NCBI GenBank assembly: GCA_963664115.2
Contig: CAXWPJ010000012.1
Location: 448,001 to 512,000, forward strand
Source of the DNA: Terriglobia bacterium
GTDB lineage: Bacteria > Acidobacteriota > Terriglobia > 20CM-2-55-15
Direction of reading: 5' to 3'
DNA length: 64,000 nucleotides
Positions within the stretch are counted from its first letter, which is position 1. Every line of letters starts with the position of its first letter. The notes under the pieces were generated by a model. It was not told where the DNA came from and did no database searches. It worked only from the letters and a program-made list of their open reading frames with translations. Shown piece by piece: positions 10,637-21,578 of this stretch. The position numbers were made by a program, and so were the translations under genes.

Positions 10637-10876
10637 GTGAAGCGCTTTGGGCCGGGCATCGCAACTCTGGCAGGCATCGCCTTTCTGGTAGTCAGTTGGG
10701 AACAGCCTGCCTACGCCTATCTTGATCCGGGAGCCGGCAGTCTCCTTCTCCAGGTTTTGATGGGAGGCCTGGCCGGGGCTGCCGTTGTCGTCAAAGTTTA
10801 TTGGAACAGCCTGATGGCGAGATTTGGACGCGGCGACGACACCAGGAGAGCCGATCCGGGTGAATCTGACACCTAG
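10637..10876 (+). CDS. Small membrane protein with AYLDPG-x-GS motif
   Basis: GTG start after GGAGGG; signal-like segment, YLDPGAGSLLLQ, second hydrophobic helix. Confidence 0.7.
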   Translation: MKRFGPGIATLAGIAFLVVSWEQPAYAYLDPGAGSLLLQVLMGGLAGAAVVVKVYWNSLMARFGRGDDTRRADPGESDT

Positions 10877-12281
10877 ATTGGAATCCGCGCGAATAGAAGG
10901 CTCCTTCCGAGATCCCGCGGGACAGATCTTCCAAAAAGACGGCCATATTTACCGAACCATCAACGCCATTGCCGTCGATGACTTTGTCTTCGTTCAGAAC
11001 ACCAACTTCTACCCGAAAGCCGTCAGCGAAAAGCGTCTTATCTCTGCTGAACAAGTTCCGCCCGAAATCCTGAGCAGCCGGAAAGCAGAGGCCTCCTATG
11101 TGATCGAACACCCACGCCTGCCTTTCGTGTCCTATCCCTATGAGTGGACGTTCCAAATGCTCAAAACTGCCGCGCTGTTCCACCTCAACTTCCATCTTGA
11201 CGCTCTGAGAGACGGCATAACGCTGATTGATGCCTCGGCATATAACGTGCAGTTCATAGGTGCATCGCCGATCTTCATCGACACGCTGTCCTTGCGGAGA
11301 TATAAACCCGGATCGCTGTGGGCTGGTTACAAACAATTCTGCGACCAGTTTCTCAATCCCCTTCTCCTGAGATCCTACGTTGGACTGCACCATAACGCCT
11401 GGTATCGGGGAAACCAGGAAGGCATAAACGCCAGCGAGATCCGGAAATTACTGCCCGCCCGTCGTAAGCTATCTCGGAGGGTTTTCACACACGTCACGCT
11501 CCAGGATTCGCTTCAGAAGACCGCGCGTAAAGGTTCCGGCCCGAATCTTGGAGCGTTGCAGGAAATAGGACTCCCACTGGCAACGTTCAGAAAAACGCTC
11601 ACTGACCTGCGGGATTGGATTATGGGACTCGAAGCGAAAAAGACCGAACGCAGCGTATGGAGCGACTACGCAAAATCGAACAGCTATGCGCTACAAGAAG
11701 AAATCTTCAAGCACGACTTCGTAGACGACTTCGTCCGCCGCAGAAAACTCTCACAGGTCTGGGACCTTGGCTGCAATAGTGGCGAATACGCAGCAGTTGC
11801 GCTCAAAGCCGGAGCAGACTATGTCGTCGGGTTCGATGCGGACCACGGCGCGTTGGATTTGGCTTTTCGCCGCGCGCAAGAGGAAGGTTTACGTTTTCTT
11901 CCTCTTTATCTGGACATCGCAAATCCTCCGCCCTCTCAGGGATGGGCGCAACAGGAACGGTATGGACTTAGGGAACGCGCCAGTGCGGACGGCTTGATTG
12001 CCCTGGCACTGATCCATCACATATCGATCGGAGGGAACGTACCTCTTGGCGATGCGGTTGCCTGGTTGGTCGGCCTGGGACCCAGAGGCGTAATCGAATT
12101 CGTGCCCAAAGAGGATCCCATGGTCCAGGAGTTACTTCGGTTCCGGGAGGATATATTTCCGAATTACACACTCGAAAACTTTCTTGGAGAGCTTCGAAAA
12201 CATGCGTCCGTCGATCGGACGGAACCGAGTTCATCGACCGGGCGTTTACTGGTGGAGTTTTCGCGCAAACCACAAGCCTGA
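10860..12281 (+). CDS. NoeA-like protein: kinase-like N-terminal domain plus class I SAM methyltransferase
   Basis: GTG at 10860 after AGGAG; GSFRDPAG, SYPYEW, DASAYN..FID; C-terminal WDLGCNSG SAM motif. Confidence 0.75.
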   Translation: MNLTPRLESARIEGSFRDPAGQIFQKDGHIYRTINAIAVDDFVFVQNTNFYPKAVSEKRLISAEQVPPEILSSRKAEASYVIEHPRLPFVSYPYEWTFQMLKTAALFHLNFHLDALRDGITLIDASAYNVQFIGASPIFIDTLSLRRYKPGSLWAGYKQFCDQFLNPLLLRSYVGLHHNAWYRGNQEGINASEIRKLLPARRKLSRRVFTHVTLQDSLQKTARKGSGPNLGALQEIGLPLATFRKTLTDLRDWIMGLEAKKTERSVWSDYAKSNSYALQEEIFKHDFVDDFVRRRKLSQVWDLGCNSGEYAAVALKAGADYVVGFDADHGALDLAFRRAQEEGLRFLPLYLDIANPPPSQGWAQQERYGLRERASADGLIALALIHHISIGGNVPLGDAVAWLVGLGPRGVIEFVPKEDPMVQELLRFREDIFPNYTLENFLGELRKHASVDRTEPSSSTGRLLVEFSRKPQA

Positions 12282-12420
12282 ACGATAAGCGAGATGGACC
12301 CGCTCTGTAATTCGCCCAGTGCTCCCCCAACGGCTTTTCAAGAGACCTAGAGTCTACATAACATGACTCACGGCTTTTCAAATCATAACGTTTATCACTG
12401 GCAGCCTGCACGTTCTTGTT

Positions 12421-14931
12421 TTGTTTAGTATCGCCCTAGCCCAACCTTTGTTCAGCTTGCTTTCCCGCTATGCTGAGTTCTTTGTGGCAAGACAGACCGA
12501 GCCGGTGGATTTGATCCTTCTGACTCTGATCGTCTGCCTGGGCCTTCCATTACTCCTGATCCTTCTTGAAGGACTCGCGGGTGCCATGGGGACTGGATTC
12601 TACAAGTATGCACACATGGGCTTGGTTACCGTCCTGGTGGCTACTATCATCCTTCAATTACTCAAGAAAATTCCGGGAGTACCCGGAATCGCGTTAGTGA
12701 TCGCGGCAGTCCTGTCAGCCATTATGTATTCGCTGGCTTATGTTCGTTTTGATCTCGTTCGGACATACTTGACGTTTCTCTCTCCGGTCATCCTCTTGTT
12801 TCCCGGCTTATTTCTTTTCAATTCCGAAATCTCAAAAATCGTTTTTCCCGAACAGGTCCAGCTTCAGCTGGGCAACGTCGAGGCTGAGACTCCGGTGGTG
12901 ATGGTGGTTTTGGATGAATTGCCGCTGACTTCCTTGATGGATGAACAACGTCAGATCGATCCAATTCGATTCCCAAATTTTTCCCGTTTGGCCAGCGAAT
13001 CTCATTGGTTCCGGAACGCGACAACGGTCAGTGATTCCACGCTCTTGTCGGTGCCGGCGATTGTGAGCGGTCTGTCACCAAAATTGCAGGAACCGCGAAT
13101 ACCGACGACAGCGGATTATCCTGACACCCTCTTCACCCTCTTGGGTGGATCCTATCGTCTCGAGATATTCGAGAACGTCACTCAACTTTCTCCCGCTTCA
13201 AGCGCTACAGTCGAACAGGCGGTCGCACAACGGATGCGCAGTCTGCTGACCGACCTGACCATCGTGTATGGCCACATGCTGCTTCCAATTGATCTGGCTT
13301 CAGGCTTACCTCCGGTCAACCAATCTTGGAATAACTTCAGATTGACTACACCGGAATCCGCAGAAATTCAGGGTGGTACTAGTGATTTTCAGACGCTTGT
13401 TGACTTTCTAACCGACGAAGACGACCGTGCCGGTAAGTTCCGAGAATTTATCGACTCGATTCAGGTCAGTGCGCAACCCACGCTATTTTTCTTGCACTCC
13501 ATGCTGCCCCACTCGCCCTGGCAGTATCTACCGAGCGGAAGACAATATTCACTGACACCGTCATCCATTCCGGGTATGACGACATCTTTCGTCGATAGCG
13601 AAGGAAACTTGCCCACGTGGGGAAACGACGCGTCACTGGTGAACCAGGGCTACCAGCGCCATCTTCTTCAGGTTGCTTTTCTGGACACGCTGGTGGGAGA
13701 CCTTATTGACAAATTGGAAGAAGTCGGCCTGTACGACCGATCCCTCATCGTCGTCACTGCCGATCATGGTACGAGCTTCCGAACAAACGATTTGTGGAGG
13801 CGGGCAAGTGAGACCAACCATCCCGACATAATGTGGATTCCTCTGTTCCTCAAGGCGCCGTACCAAGAAGAGGGCGTCGTGAACGATCGCAATGTCGAAA
13901 CCATCGATATCCTCCCAACGGTAGCCGATGCTCTGGGAATCGAAGTGCCATGGGAAACGGACGGCCGTTCGGCATTCGATCAAACCGTACCAGAACGGTC
14001 AGCGAAAACGATTCTTGCTGGCAGGACACAGGAAATTGTGGCCAATCCAAACTTGAATTCACACGATGAAAGCCTCAAAAGAAAGCTTGAGCTCTTCGGT
14101 TCGGGAGCCTGGGACTCCTTCTTCGCCAGTGGCCCGTATGGTCATCTGTTAGGAGAACGGGTAAACCAGATCGGGGTTGGCGAGACGGACATCGGCGTGG
14201 AACTTGACGGGGAGGCATTTTTCGCGAACGTCAATTTTGATTCTACATTTTTACTCACTCATATTACCGGACACATTCTGGCTGGCCCCAGGAGATATCC
14301 CTCGGGCCATCTGGCCATTGCCGTAAACGACACGGTGCAGTCGGTGACTGAGCTCGCCGGTTCCGGAGACTTCTCGGCCTTGGTTGCAGAAAGCGCGTTC
14401 ATGCCGGGACAAAACGACGTGGAAGCTTTTTTAGTGGTAGATGCCGGCGGAGGAACGCGTCTTGAACATCTCTCTAAAACCTCCCGCCCCTACTATTCCA
14501 TAGTCCCCTCAAGGGAGGAGCAGACAGAATCTCTACAGAGATCGGATGGTGAACGCGTCCCGATTGTTCCGGGGGACGCTCTTGGATATTCAAGGGCCAA
14601 AATTAACGAAGAAACTGGAACGGTCTCCATCACGGGCTGGGCAGCGAGCGTTGAACAACCCCAATTGGGCGTGACGATTCTGATCTTTCGAAACCAAGAT
14701 CTTGTGCACACCGGAACTCCTCGCATCTCTCGGCGCGACGTCACAGCAGTCTATCCGGAATGGGACGCGCTGACACCCGGGTTTAGTTTCGAGTTGCCGC
14801 TCGACAGTTTTGGAAATCTGGACCAGACCGAGGTTCGCGTGTTCGCGCTGACGTCACAGGGTCCTGTTTCGGAATTGGGCTATATCAGAGACACTTGGGA
14901 CTTCGCTATCCGTTCACCAACGACCGACTGA
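12421..14931 (+). CDS. Membrane-anchored alkaline-phosphatase-superfamily (sulfatase-like/LtaS-like) transferase
   Basis: About 5 N-terminal TM helices; VVLDELP, PHSPW, TADHG, IPLFLK, DILPTV; true start uncertain. Confidence 0.75.
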   Translation: MFSIALAQPLFSLLSRYAEFFVARQTEPVDLILLTLIVCLGLPLLLILLEGLAGAMGTGFYKYAHMGLVTVLVATIILQLLKKIPGVPGIALVIAAVLSAIMYSLAYVRFDLVRTYLTFLSPVILLFPGLFLFNSEISKIVFPEQVQLQLGNVEAETPVVMVVLDELPLTSLMDEQRQIDPIRFPNFSRLASESHWFRNATTVSDSTLLSVPAIVSGLSPKLQEPRIPTTADYPDTLFTLLGGSYRLEIFENVTQLSPASSATVEQAVAQRMRSLLTDLTIVYGHMLLPIDLASGLPPVNQSWNNFRLTTPESAEIQGGTSDFQTLVDFLTDEDDRAGKFREFIDSIQVSAQPTLFFLHSMLPHSPWQYLPSGRQYSLTPSSIPGMTTSFVDSEGNLPTWGNDASLVNQGYQRHLLQVAFLDTLVGDLIDKLEEVGLYDRSLIVVTADHGTSFRTNDLWRRASETNHPDIMWIPLFLKAPYQEEGVVNDRNVETIDILPTVADALGIEVPWETDGRSAFDQTVPERSAKTILAGRTQEIVANPNLNSHDESLKRKLELFGSGAWDSFFASGPYGHLLGERVNQIGVGETDIGVELDGEAFFANVNFDSTFLLTHITGHILAGPRRYPSGHLAIAVNDTVQSVTELAGSGDFSALVAESAFMPGQNDVEAFLVVDAGGGTRLEHLSKTSRPYYSIVPSREEQTESLQRSDGERVPIVPGDALGYSRAKINEETGTVSITGWAASVEQPQLGVTILIFRNQDLVHTGTPRISRRDVTAVYPEWDALTPGFSFELPLDSFGNLDQTEVRVFALTSQGPVSELGYIRDTWDFAIRSPTTD

Positions 14932-15030
14932 CCACGCGATTCCACGACCTATCTGCTCGCTCGAGACGTAATAGGTGGGATCGGAGAGCGATCTCTGAAA
15001 TTTGGTCTCCGTCGCCCAAATAATCTTGAT

Positions 15031-15375
15031 TCAGCTGAACACGCGGCGATAGGTAGCTTCGTCGAATCCGACGATCAATGTCCTTCCCTTTCGAAGCGCA
15101 GGGGCTCGAAGCTTCCCGTTGCGGCACACGGCCTTCAGGAGTTCTTCTGACCCGGGCTTCTGTTTTTTGAGATCGAAAAAGACAACCTTCTTACCGACAC
15201 AGGCATAGATTTTGTCGACCTGGTTCATCAGGTCCAGGACTTCCACTTCGGGAACTGCCACTTTGCGGGCGTTCACTTCTACTTTGATTGCAACATCGTT
15301 CTGCGCAAGAAACTCCTGCGTCCGCCCGCAGGTCTTTCAAGCGGGCCGATGGTAACTCCAGTCCACTCGTGCCAT
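15031..15375 (-). CDS. ArsC/Spx-like thioredoxin-fold selenoprotein (U-x-x-C)
   Basis: AGGAG RBS, ATG 15375, MARVDWSYHRPA-TGA(15337-39)-KTCGRTQEFL continues in frame into ORF 15031..15276 (LRAP, LIVGF); hairpin directly after the UGA. Confidence 0.85.
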
Positions 15376-15386
15376 CGTTGCTACTC

Positions 15387-16709
15387 CTATATGTTTGGGG
15401 CGAAACCGTCGCGCGGCAGTTCGATCATGCCGCAGGCAAGCGTGTCGTGATTGGACGGATCGATCAGGATGAACGCGCCGGTTTCCCGGTTGCTTCGATA
15501 TGCGTCGCAGACCAGGTCTTGGTAGGTTTTTATCTGGACACGACCAATGGCGTTTTTTTCGAAGGGGCGCTCGCCCGAGTCGGTCGTCAGAGTATTGACG
15601 TCAATCAGGTGATCAATATTGGAAACCACGGCCTTGGTCGTCCGGCAGTTGTGCTTGAGCAAATACTTCGCCCCTTTCTTCAAGGGAGTGTCTGACATCC
15701 AGCACACGGTCGCGGCAAACTCAGAAGTGATTTTGGGATCGTCACCATGCCCTACAATCAAATCCCCACGTGATATATCGATATCGTCTTCCAGAGTCAC
15801 CGTTGCAGATCGAGGCGCCTCCACACTGTCGAACTCGCCATCGAAGCTGACAATACTCTGGACTTTGCTCGTCAACCCTGAAGGCAGAACCTGGATCGTG
15901 TCTCCAACCGCAATGCGCCCCGATACCAGACGCCCCATATACCCCCTGAAATCGGGCAGATCTTTCGTCTGCGGGCGGGATATCATCTGGACTGGAAAGC
16001 GGAGGCCTGACGTGGACACATCCGTTGCGGGTTCGACAGACTCGAGCAACTCGAGCAAGGTCTGGGACCTATACCAGGGCATCCGATCTCCACGGACCGC
16101 AACCATATCGCCATGGACCGCAGACATCGGGACATACCAGGTATTGTGTGCACGTGCATGACGCACACCCAGCCGTTCGAAGAAGTCAACAAACTGCTCT
16201 CGAACCTCCGAGTAAACGGACTCGGAATAGTCCACAAGATCCATTTTGTTGATGGCTATAACGAAATCGGTGATTCCAAGCAGGTGAGCGATACAAATAT
16301 GACGACGTGACTGGGTCACCATGCCGTTTCTCGCGTCCACAAGAATCAATGCCAACTCTGCAGTACTCGCACCGGTAACCATGTTGCGTGTGTACTGTTC
16401 GTGCCCCGGAGTGTCGGCAATAATGAACCGTCGTTTCGGCGTGGCAAAGTAACGATATGCTACATCGATGGTAATACCTTGCTCCCGCTCCGCCCGCAGC
16501 CCGTCGGTCAGCAGCGCCAGATCAATGCCCCGCCCACCCCGCTGTTCGTTATAGTCACGGGCCGCCGCAATCTGATCTTCGAACGCGCCCTTCGTGTCCA
16601 CCAGAAGACGGCCGATCAACGTCGACTTACCATCATCCACACTACCGGCCGTGGTCAGCCGCAGCAGTTTGGCTTGATCGATACCCACAGGAGTCACCGT
16701 AGTGTTCAA
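15387..16709 (-). CDS. cysN: Sulfate adenylyltransferase subunit 1 (GTPase), no CysC domain
   Basis: [30 protein letters not shown]. Confidence 0.95.
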   Translation of the reverse strand: MNTTVTPVGIDQAKLLRLTTAGSVDDGKSTLIGRLLVDTKGAFEDQIAAARDYNEQRGGRGIDLALLTDGLRAEREQGITIDVAYRYFATPKRRFIIADTPGHEQYTRNMVTGASTAELALILVDARNGMVTQSRRHICIAHLLGITDFVIAINKMDLVDYSESVYSEVREQFVDFFERLGVRHARAHNTWYVPMSAVHGDMVAVRGDRMPWYRSQTLLELLESVEPATDVSTSGLRFPVQMISRPQTKDLPDFRGYMGRLVSGRIAVGDTIQVLPSGLTSKVQSIVSFDGEFDSVEAPRSATVTLEDDIDISRGDLIVGHGDDPKITSEFAATVCWMSDTPLKKGAKYLLKHNCRTTKAVVSNIDHLIDVNTLTTDSGERPFEKNAIGRVQIKTYQDLVCDAYRSNRETGAFILIDPSNHDTLACGMIELPRDGFAPNI

Positions 16710-17614
16710 AAATAGCCTTCCTTCTTTTTGTCTTCCATCGTGTTCGAGCCGTGGTCGATCACGCGGGTCTCGCGCTCGCTTCGGATAGCCGCGTCCGCTT
16801 CGATGGCGATCTCATCCAGCGTTGTGGCCTCGGAGGCCACGGCCCCCGTGCAGGGAGCACAACCGAGCGTCCGAAATCGGACACACATCGTCGTCGGCTC
16901 TTCACCGTCCTTAAGATTCCCAACGTCATCCGCTGGAATGAGGTTGACGCCTCGACGCACCACCGCCCGTTCCTTGGCGAAATACAGCGGCACGATAGGG
17001 ATGTCTTCTCTTTGGATGTAGTGCCAGATGTCGGATTCTGTCCAGTTCGAAAGGGGAAACACGCGCATGCTCTCTCCCTCGAAAACACGGGTATTGAACA
17101 GATGCCACAACTCCGGACGCTGATTTTTGGGATCCCATTGACCAAAGGAATCCCGAAACGAAAACACACGCTCCTTCGCCCGCGAACGTTCTTCATCACG
17201 CCGGGCACCGCCGATTGCTGCATCAAAGTCATGCTGTTCCAGGGCTTCCAGCAGCGCAGCCGTCTTTAGCTGTCCGCAGCATCGCGCCACACCCAGTTTC
17301 AGGGGGTGGGCCCCGGCTGCTATCGCCTCTTCGTTGCGGTGCACGATCAAACGGGCTCCAATCTCAACAGCAAAACGATCGCGAAACGCTATCATCTCCT
17401 TGAACTTGTAGCCCGTATCGATGTGGAGCAGGGGAAACGGTATCGGCGCGGGATAAAACGCTTTCCGGGCAAGGTGAACGAGAACGCTGGAATCCTTGCC
17501 GATCGAATACAGGATGACAGGCTTCCTGAATTCCGCAGCGACCTCACGGAGGATGAAGATGGCCTCGTCTTCAAGAACGTCAAGGTGGTTCAAATGCGCT
17601 TTCACATTCAACAT
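16706..17614 (-). CDS. cysD: Sulfate adenylyltransferase subunit 2
   Basis: [40 protein letters not shown]. Confidence 0.95.
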   Translation of the reverse strand: MLNVKAHLNHLDVLEDEAIFILREVAAEFRKPVILYSIGKDSSVLVHLARKAFYPAPIPFPLLHIDTGYKFKEMIAFRDRFAVEIGARLIVHRNEEAIAAGAHPLKLGVARCCGQLKTAALLEALEQHDFDAAIGGARRDEERSRAKERVFSFRDSFGQWDPKNQRPELWHLFNTRVFEGESMRVFPLSNWTESDIWHYIQREDIPIVPLYFAKERAVVRRGVNLIPADDVGNLKDGEEPTTMCVRFRTLGCAPCTGAVASEATTLDEIAIEADAAIRSERETRVIDHGSNTMEDKKKEGYF

Positions 17615-18328
17615 TTAAGATGATTTGGCCGTGTGCAGGCCGCACTCCTTGGAATCGGCGCTCTCCCACCACCAGCGACCGGAACGGATATCCTCCGCGG
17701 GTTTGATCGCGCGCGTGCATGGAGCACAGCCGATGCTGGGATAACCTGCATCATGGAGAATGTTGTATGGGACCTTGTTCTCGTGGATATACGTCCAAAC
17801 CTCATCCACACTCCATTCCAAAAGAGGATTGAACTTGTACAGGCCCTGGGCGTCGTCCCAAACCCTGACATCGAGGTTTTCACGGGTGGGCGACTGATCC
17901 CGCCTCAGGCCCGTTACCCAGGACTTTTTCCCATCCAACGCCCGACCCAAAGGCTCCACCTTCCGAATGTGGCAGCACTCACGCCGCTGTGCGACGCTCT
18001 GATAGAACGCGTCCGGACCGTTCCCCTCGACATAGGTTTGCAAAACAGTAGTTTCGGGGCAATACACACGTACAGGAACAGGGTAACGGTCCCGCACCTT
18101 GGATATCAGGCGATAGGTCTCTTCCGGAAGCCTGCCTGTGTCGAGCGTGAACACTTCTATCTCTCGCGCATGACTGGCAATCAGGTCGAGAAGCACCATG
18201 TCTTCGGCGCCGAAACTGGACGCAAACGCGGCAGGAGATGACGACGCGACAATCTCTCCGAGAACGGCCACGACATCTGCCGTCCGCTGAGACATCACGT
18301 CTTCGGAAACACCTGGATTTATCATCAT
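17615..18328 (-). CDS. cysH: APS reductase ([4Fe-4S] CysH type)
   Basis: LDTGRL, ECCHIRK, SIGCAPCT, KECGLH. Confidence 0.93.
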   Translation of the reverse strand: MMINPGVSEDVMSQRTADVVAVLGEIVASSSPAAFASSFGAEDMVLLDLIASHAREIEVFTLDTGRLPEETYRLISKVRDRYPVPVRVYCPETTVLQTYVEGNGPDAFYQSVAQRRECCHIRKVEPLGRALDGKKSWVTGLRRDQSPTRENLDVRVWDDAQGLYKFNPLLEWSVDEVWTYIHENKVPYNILHDAGYPSIGCAPCTRAIKPAEDIRSGRWWWESADSKECGLHTAKSS

Positions 18329-18329
18329 G

Positions 18330-19100
18330 TCAGAAAATGCACATCAAACCGGCAGCCACAAGGACCGTGGCCAACGCGGCTCGCAATACCGGTTCCGGAA
18401 CACGCCCCGTTAATGAGCTGCCCAGATAGATTCCAGGGAGTGAACCGATCAGCAACGCTCCCAGGAGTCCGAAATCGACCGTCCCCAGGGTCCAGTGTCC
18501 GGCGCCAGCGATCAGTGCCAGCGGTAAGGCGTGCGCCAGATTCGTACCGACGATCCGCTTAGCCTCCATCGAGGGCCGGCCGATCATGAGCACCGCAACT
18601 CCAAGTGCGCCCGCTCCGACAGAGGACAGCGTTACAAGGCACCCCAGGAGCGCCCCTGAAAAAACTATCCAGCCGGGCCCGATCAGACCCGCTCGCCCGG
18701 CTGATCGCGCGGCAATTGCCGCGATGCGACCGCGCAAAGCTACAACCAGCGCAGTCAGCAACAGGGCGCCCCCAAGAACCGGCAGGACTGCTGCGTTCAA
18801 GCCATCGAGCGACGAAAGACGGTTCAAAATAACAATTGAGATCATCGTCGCAGGGATACTTCCGTATGCCAGAAGGCGCATGGCAGGCCAGTCGATGTTT
18901 CCCGCTACTCGATGCGCGTAAACCCCGATCGATTTCGTAAGGCCAGCAAAGATCAGATCCGTGCCGACGGCGACGACAGGGGTGACCCCGAGTCCGAATA
19001 TCAAGGCAGGCGTCATGAGCGCTCCGCCACCCACACCGGTCATCCCCACAATAACGCCGACCCCGAATCCGGCAAGCGGTAGTAGAATATTGAATTCCAA
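18330..19100 (-). CDS. TauE/SafE (TSUP) family sulfite exporter
   Basis: GMTGVGGG, AVGTDL, SSVGAGA, multiple TM helices. Confidence 0.88.
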   Translation of the reverse strand: MEFNILLPLAGFGVGVIVGMTGVGGGALMTPALIFGLGVTPVVAVGTDLIFAGLTKSIGVYAHRVAGNIDWPAMRLLAYGSIPATMISIVILNRLSSLDGLNAAVLPVLGGALLLTALVVALRGRIAAIAARSAGRAGLIGPGWIVFSGALLGCLVTLSSVGAGALGVAVLMIGRPSMEAKRIVGTNLAHALPLALIAGAGHWTLGTVDFGLLGALLIGSLPGIYLGSSLTGRVPEPVLRAALATVLVAAGLMCIF

Positions 19101-19177
19101 GACTGTGTGATCCTCGATCGCGACCGATTGTTGAGTCAGACATCCTAAGCCTCTTCAAGTCGCACGATCGACCTTCG

Positions 19178-19207
19178 ATTCTATAGGTACTTTATAAAGT
19201 TAGTCAA
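19178..19207 (-). promoter_or_regulatory. Sigma70-type promoter for the tauE-cysHDN operon
   Basis: TTGACT-18 bp-TAGAAT on the minus strand; the spacer holds the perfect palindrome ACTTTATAAAGT. Confidence 0.6.
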
Positions 19208-19404
19208 GATTACAATCACCATGGACCCAGACTTGTCCGATCGCGAAACTTCAATTATTTATCAGTTGTTTATGGGCAAACATGGCGTGCAGAGTTCCTC
19301 TCCACCGCTCTCAATTTGGAGGCTCGCCTAGGGTAATTATGGATATACTGAATTGAGTTAGTATAGAATAGTCGGCCAAATCGCAAACAAACGGAGCAGC
19401 CCCC

Positions 19405-21570
19405 ATGGCGACAAGCGAAATTCCAGTCGAAGCCCCGAATCCGCACGATCGGTGGGCCCATCTTCCCGAAGACGTACGCTACGAAATCGATGTCTTCGAG
19501 ACCCAACTCAAGCGCGTCCAGACCGGACAGATGTCGGAAAAGGTTTTCCTTGAGTTCCGACTGCGGCACGGTGTCTACGGTCAGCGTCAGGAAGGCGTTC
19601 AGATGCAGCGGATCAAGATACCGCTCGGCATGCTCACTGCGAAACAGATGGTCCAACTGGCTAATTTGTCCGAGGAATATGCCGACGGAATCAGTCACGT
19701 CACAACACGACAGGATATTCAGTACCATTTCGTGGACATCGACGATACGCCGAACTTGATGCGGAGATTAGCCGAGGTGGGGATCACAACGCGCGAAGCC
19801 TGTGGCAATGTCGTTCGTAACGTTACCGGGTGCCCCGAAGCGGGTGTGTGCTTGAGTGAAGAATTCGATCCGACGCCCCACGCCCTTGCAATGGCGAACT
19901 TCCTCCTTCGACATCCCGACGCACAGAACTTTGGGCGGAAGTTCAAGATCGCCTACTCCGGATGCGCGGACAAACCCTGCGGCCTGGCAAAGATGCATGA
20001 CATCGGCGCAGTGGCCACCGTTCGCGAAGATGGCCGCCAGAAAATCCATGGATTCAAGGTTTATGTCGGCGGCGGACTGGGCGCAATCCCCCATCAGGCC
20101 AAACTTTATAGCGAGTTCATTCCTGCCGATGAGATGCTGCCTCTGGCCCAGGCGATGTCCCGGGTGTTTGCGCGCCTCGGTGAAAAAGACGACAGGAACA
20201 GGGCGCGAATGAAGTTCCTGCTGCACAAACTCGGAATCGACGAGTTCCGCCGGCTGGTTGAGGAAGAACGGAGAAAGCTGCCCGTCGACCCGGAGTGGGA
20301 AACCGCGATCGCAACGGCCTCCACCCGAATCGAAGTACCCCTGAAACCGGGCTCTGTGCTCGCGGGAGGGGACGGGGCCCCCGATCGGGGGACAGGGGCT
20401 GAATTCGGCCGTTGGTACGACACGAACGTTCGCCCGCAGGCCCAGGATGGCTACTCGATGGTTGAAGTGTTTCTTCCTCTGGGGGATATCACCGCGGACC
20501 AGCTGAGGGAACTGGCCGGGGTTTGCCAAAAATACATCCGCGATACGGTTCGTACGACCGTGACCCAGAACCTGCTTCTTCGCTGGGTCTCCAACCACGA
20601 CCTGCCTGCTTTGTTCGAGGACCTCAAACGAATCGGATTGAACCGGGCCGGTTCGGGCCGCCTCGCCGATATCACGGCGTGTCCCGGCACCGATTCCTGC
20701 AAGCTCGGCATTACCTCATCCCGGGGCCTGGCCGCAGTTTTCGATGAACAGTTCAACAATGGTAAAGACGGAATGGAGGAGGAGTCCCGCCGGGAAGATA
20801 TCAAGATCAAGATCAGCGGCTGTTTCAACTCATGCGGTCAGCACCATATTGCCGATATTGGATTCCTGGGTTCGGTGCAGCGCAAGGGGGCCTTCACGGC
20901 CCCGGTCTTTCAGGTCATACTCGGCGGCACCACCGACCAAAATGCGGACTCCTATGGACTCGTCACGGCCAAGGTCCCCGCGAGGAACGCGCCCCGTGTC
21001 GTCGAACGCCTGACGACCCTGTACTCCGCGGACAAACAGGATGGAGAGACCTTCTCCCAATTCGTCGGACGGTGGGGCAAAGCCCGTTTAAAGTCGGAGA
21101 TCGAAGATCTCACGCTGACCACATACGAAGAGGCACCTGAGCTTTACATCGACAACCGGCAAAGCTGGGAGTACCACAAGGAAACCGGTGTCGGCGAGTG
21201 TGCGGGAGCGATGGTCGATCAAGCGGAGTTCATGCTCGAAGAAGCTGACAGGCTTGTTTTCGAAGCCACACTGGCATTGGATGATGCACGTTACAAGGAG
21301 GCGGCCGAAAGCGCGATCGAAGCGACAACGAAAGCGGCCGATGCGCTGCTTTCGACCGAGGGCCTGCTGCTGTCGGATAACTACGACTGCGTCACTGAGT
21401 TTCGAAAAAGATTCTATGAGACGGGCCGGTTCCACAAGCCATTTGCTGAAAACTTCTTCAGGGCCGCCGAGGGAAACGGCGCCGAATTCACCGCCGATGA
21501 TTCCAGGCGCCGGGTCGAGGAAGCCGCACTCTTCCTCGAACAGGCTCAAAACACCTACACGAAAGCCTGA
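19405..21570 (+). CDS. sir: Siroheme nitrite/sulfite reductase with extra C-terminal domain
   Basis: GVYGQRQ, TTRQDIQ, CPGTDSC and GCFNSCG Fe-S/siroheme ligands; cys gene context. Confidence 0.85.
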   Translation: MATSEIPVEAPNPHDRWAHLPEDVRYEIDVFETQLKRVQTGQMSEKVFLEFRLRHGVYGQRQEGVQMQRIKIPLGMLTAKQMVQLANLSEEYADGISHVTTRQDIQYHFVDIDDTPNLMRRLAEVGITTREACGNVVRNVTGCPEAGVCLSEEFDPTPHALAMANFLLRHPDAQNFGRKFKIAYSGCADKPCGLAKMHDIGAVATVREDGRQKIHGFKVYVGGGLGAIPHQAKLYSEFIPADEMLPLAQAMSRVFARLGEKDDRNRARMKFLLHKLGIDEFRRLVEEERRKLPVDPEWETAIATASTRIEVPLKPGSVLAGGDGAPDRGTGAEFGRWYDTNVRPQAQDGYSMVEVFLPLGDITADQLRELAGVCQKYIRDTVRTTVTQNLLLRWVSNHDLPALFEDLKRIGLNRAGSGRLADITACPGTDSCKLGITSSRGLAAVFDEQFNNGKDGMEEESRREDIKIKISGCFNSCGQHHIADIGFLGSVQRKGAFTAPVFQVILGGTTDQNADSYGLVTAKVPARNAPRVVERLTTLYSADKQDGETFSQFVGRWGKARLKSEIEDLTLTTYEEAPELYIDNRQSWEYHKETGVGECAGAMVDQAEFMLEEADRLVFEATLALDDARYKEAAESAIEATTKAADALLSTEGLLLSDNYDCVTEFRKRFYETGRFHKPFAENFFRAAEGNGAEFTADDSRRRVEEAALFLEQAQNTYTKA

Positions 21571-21578
21571 GACGCGAC

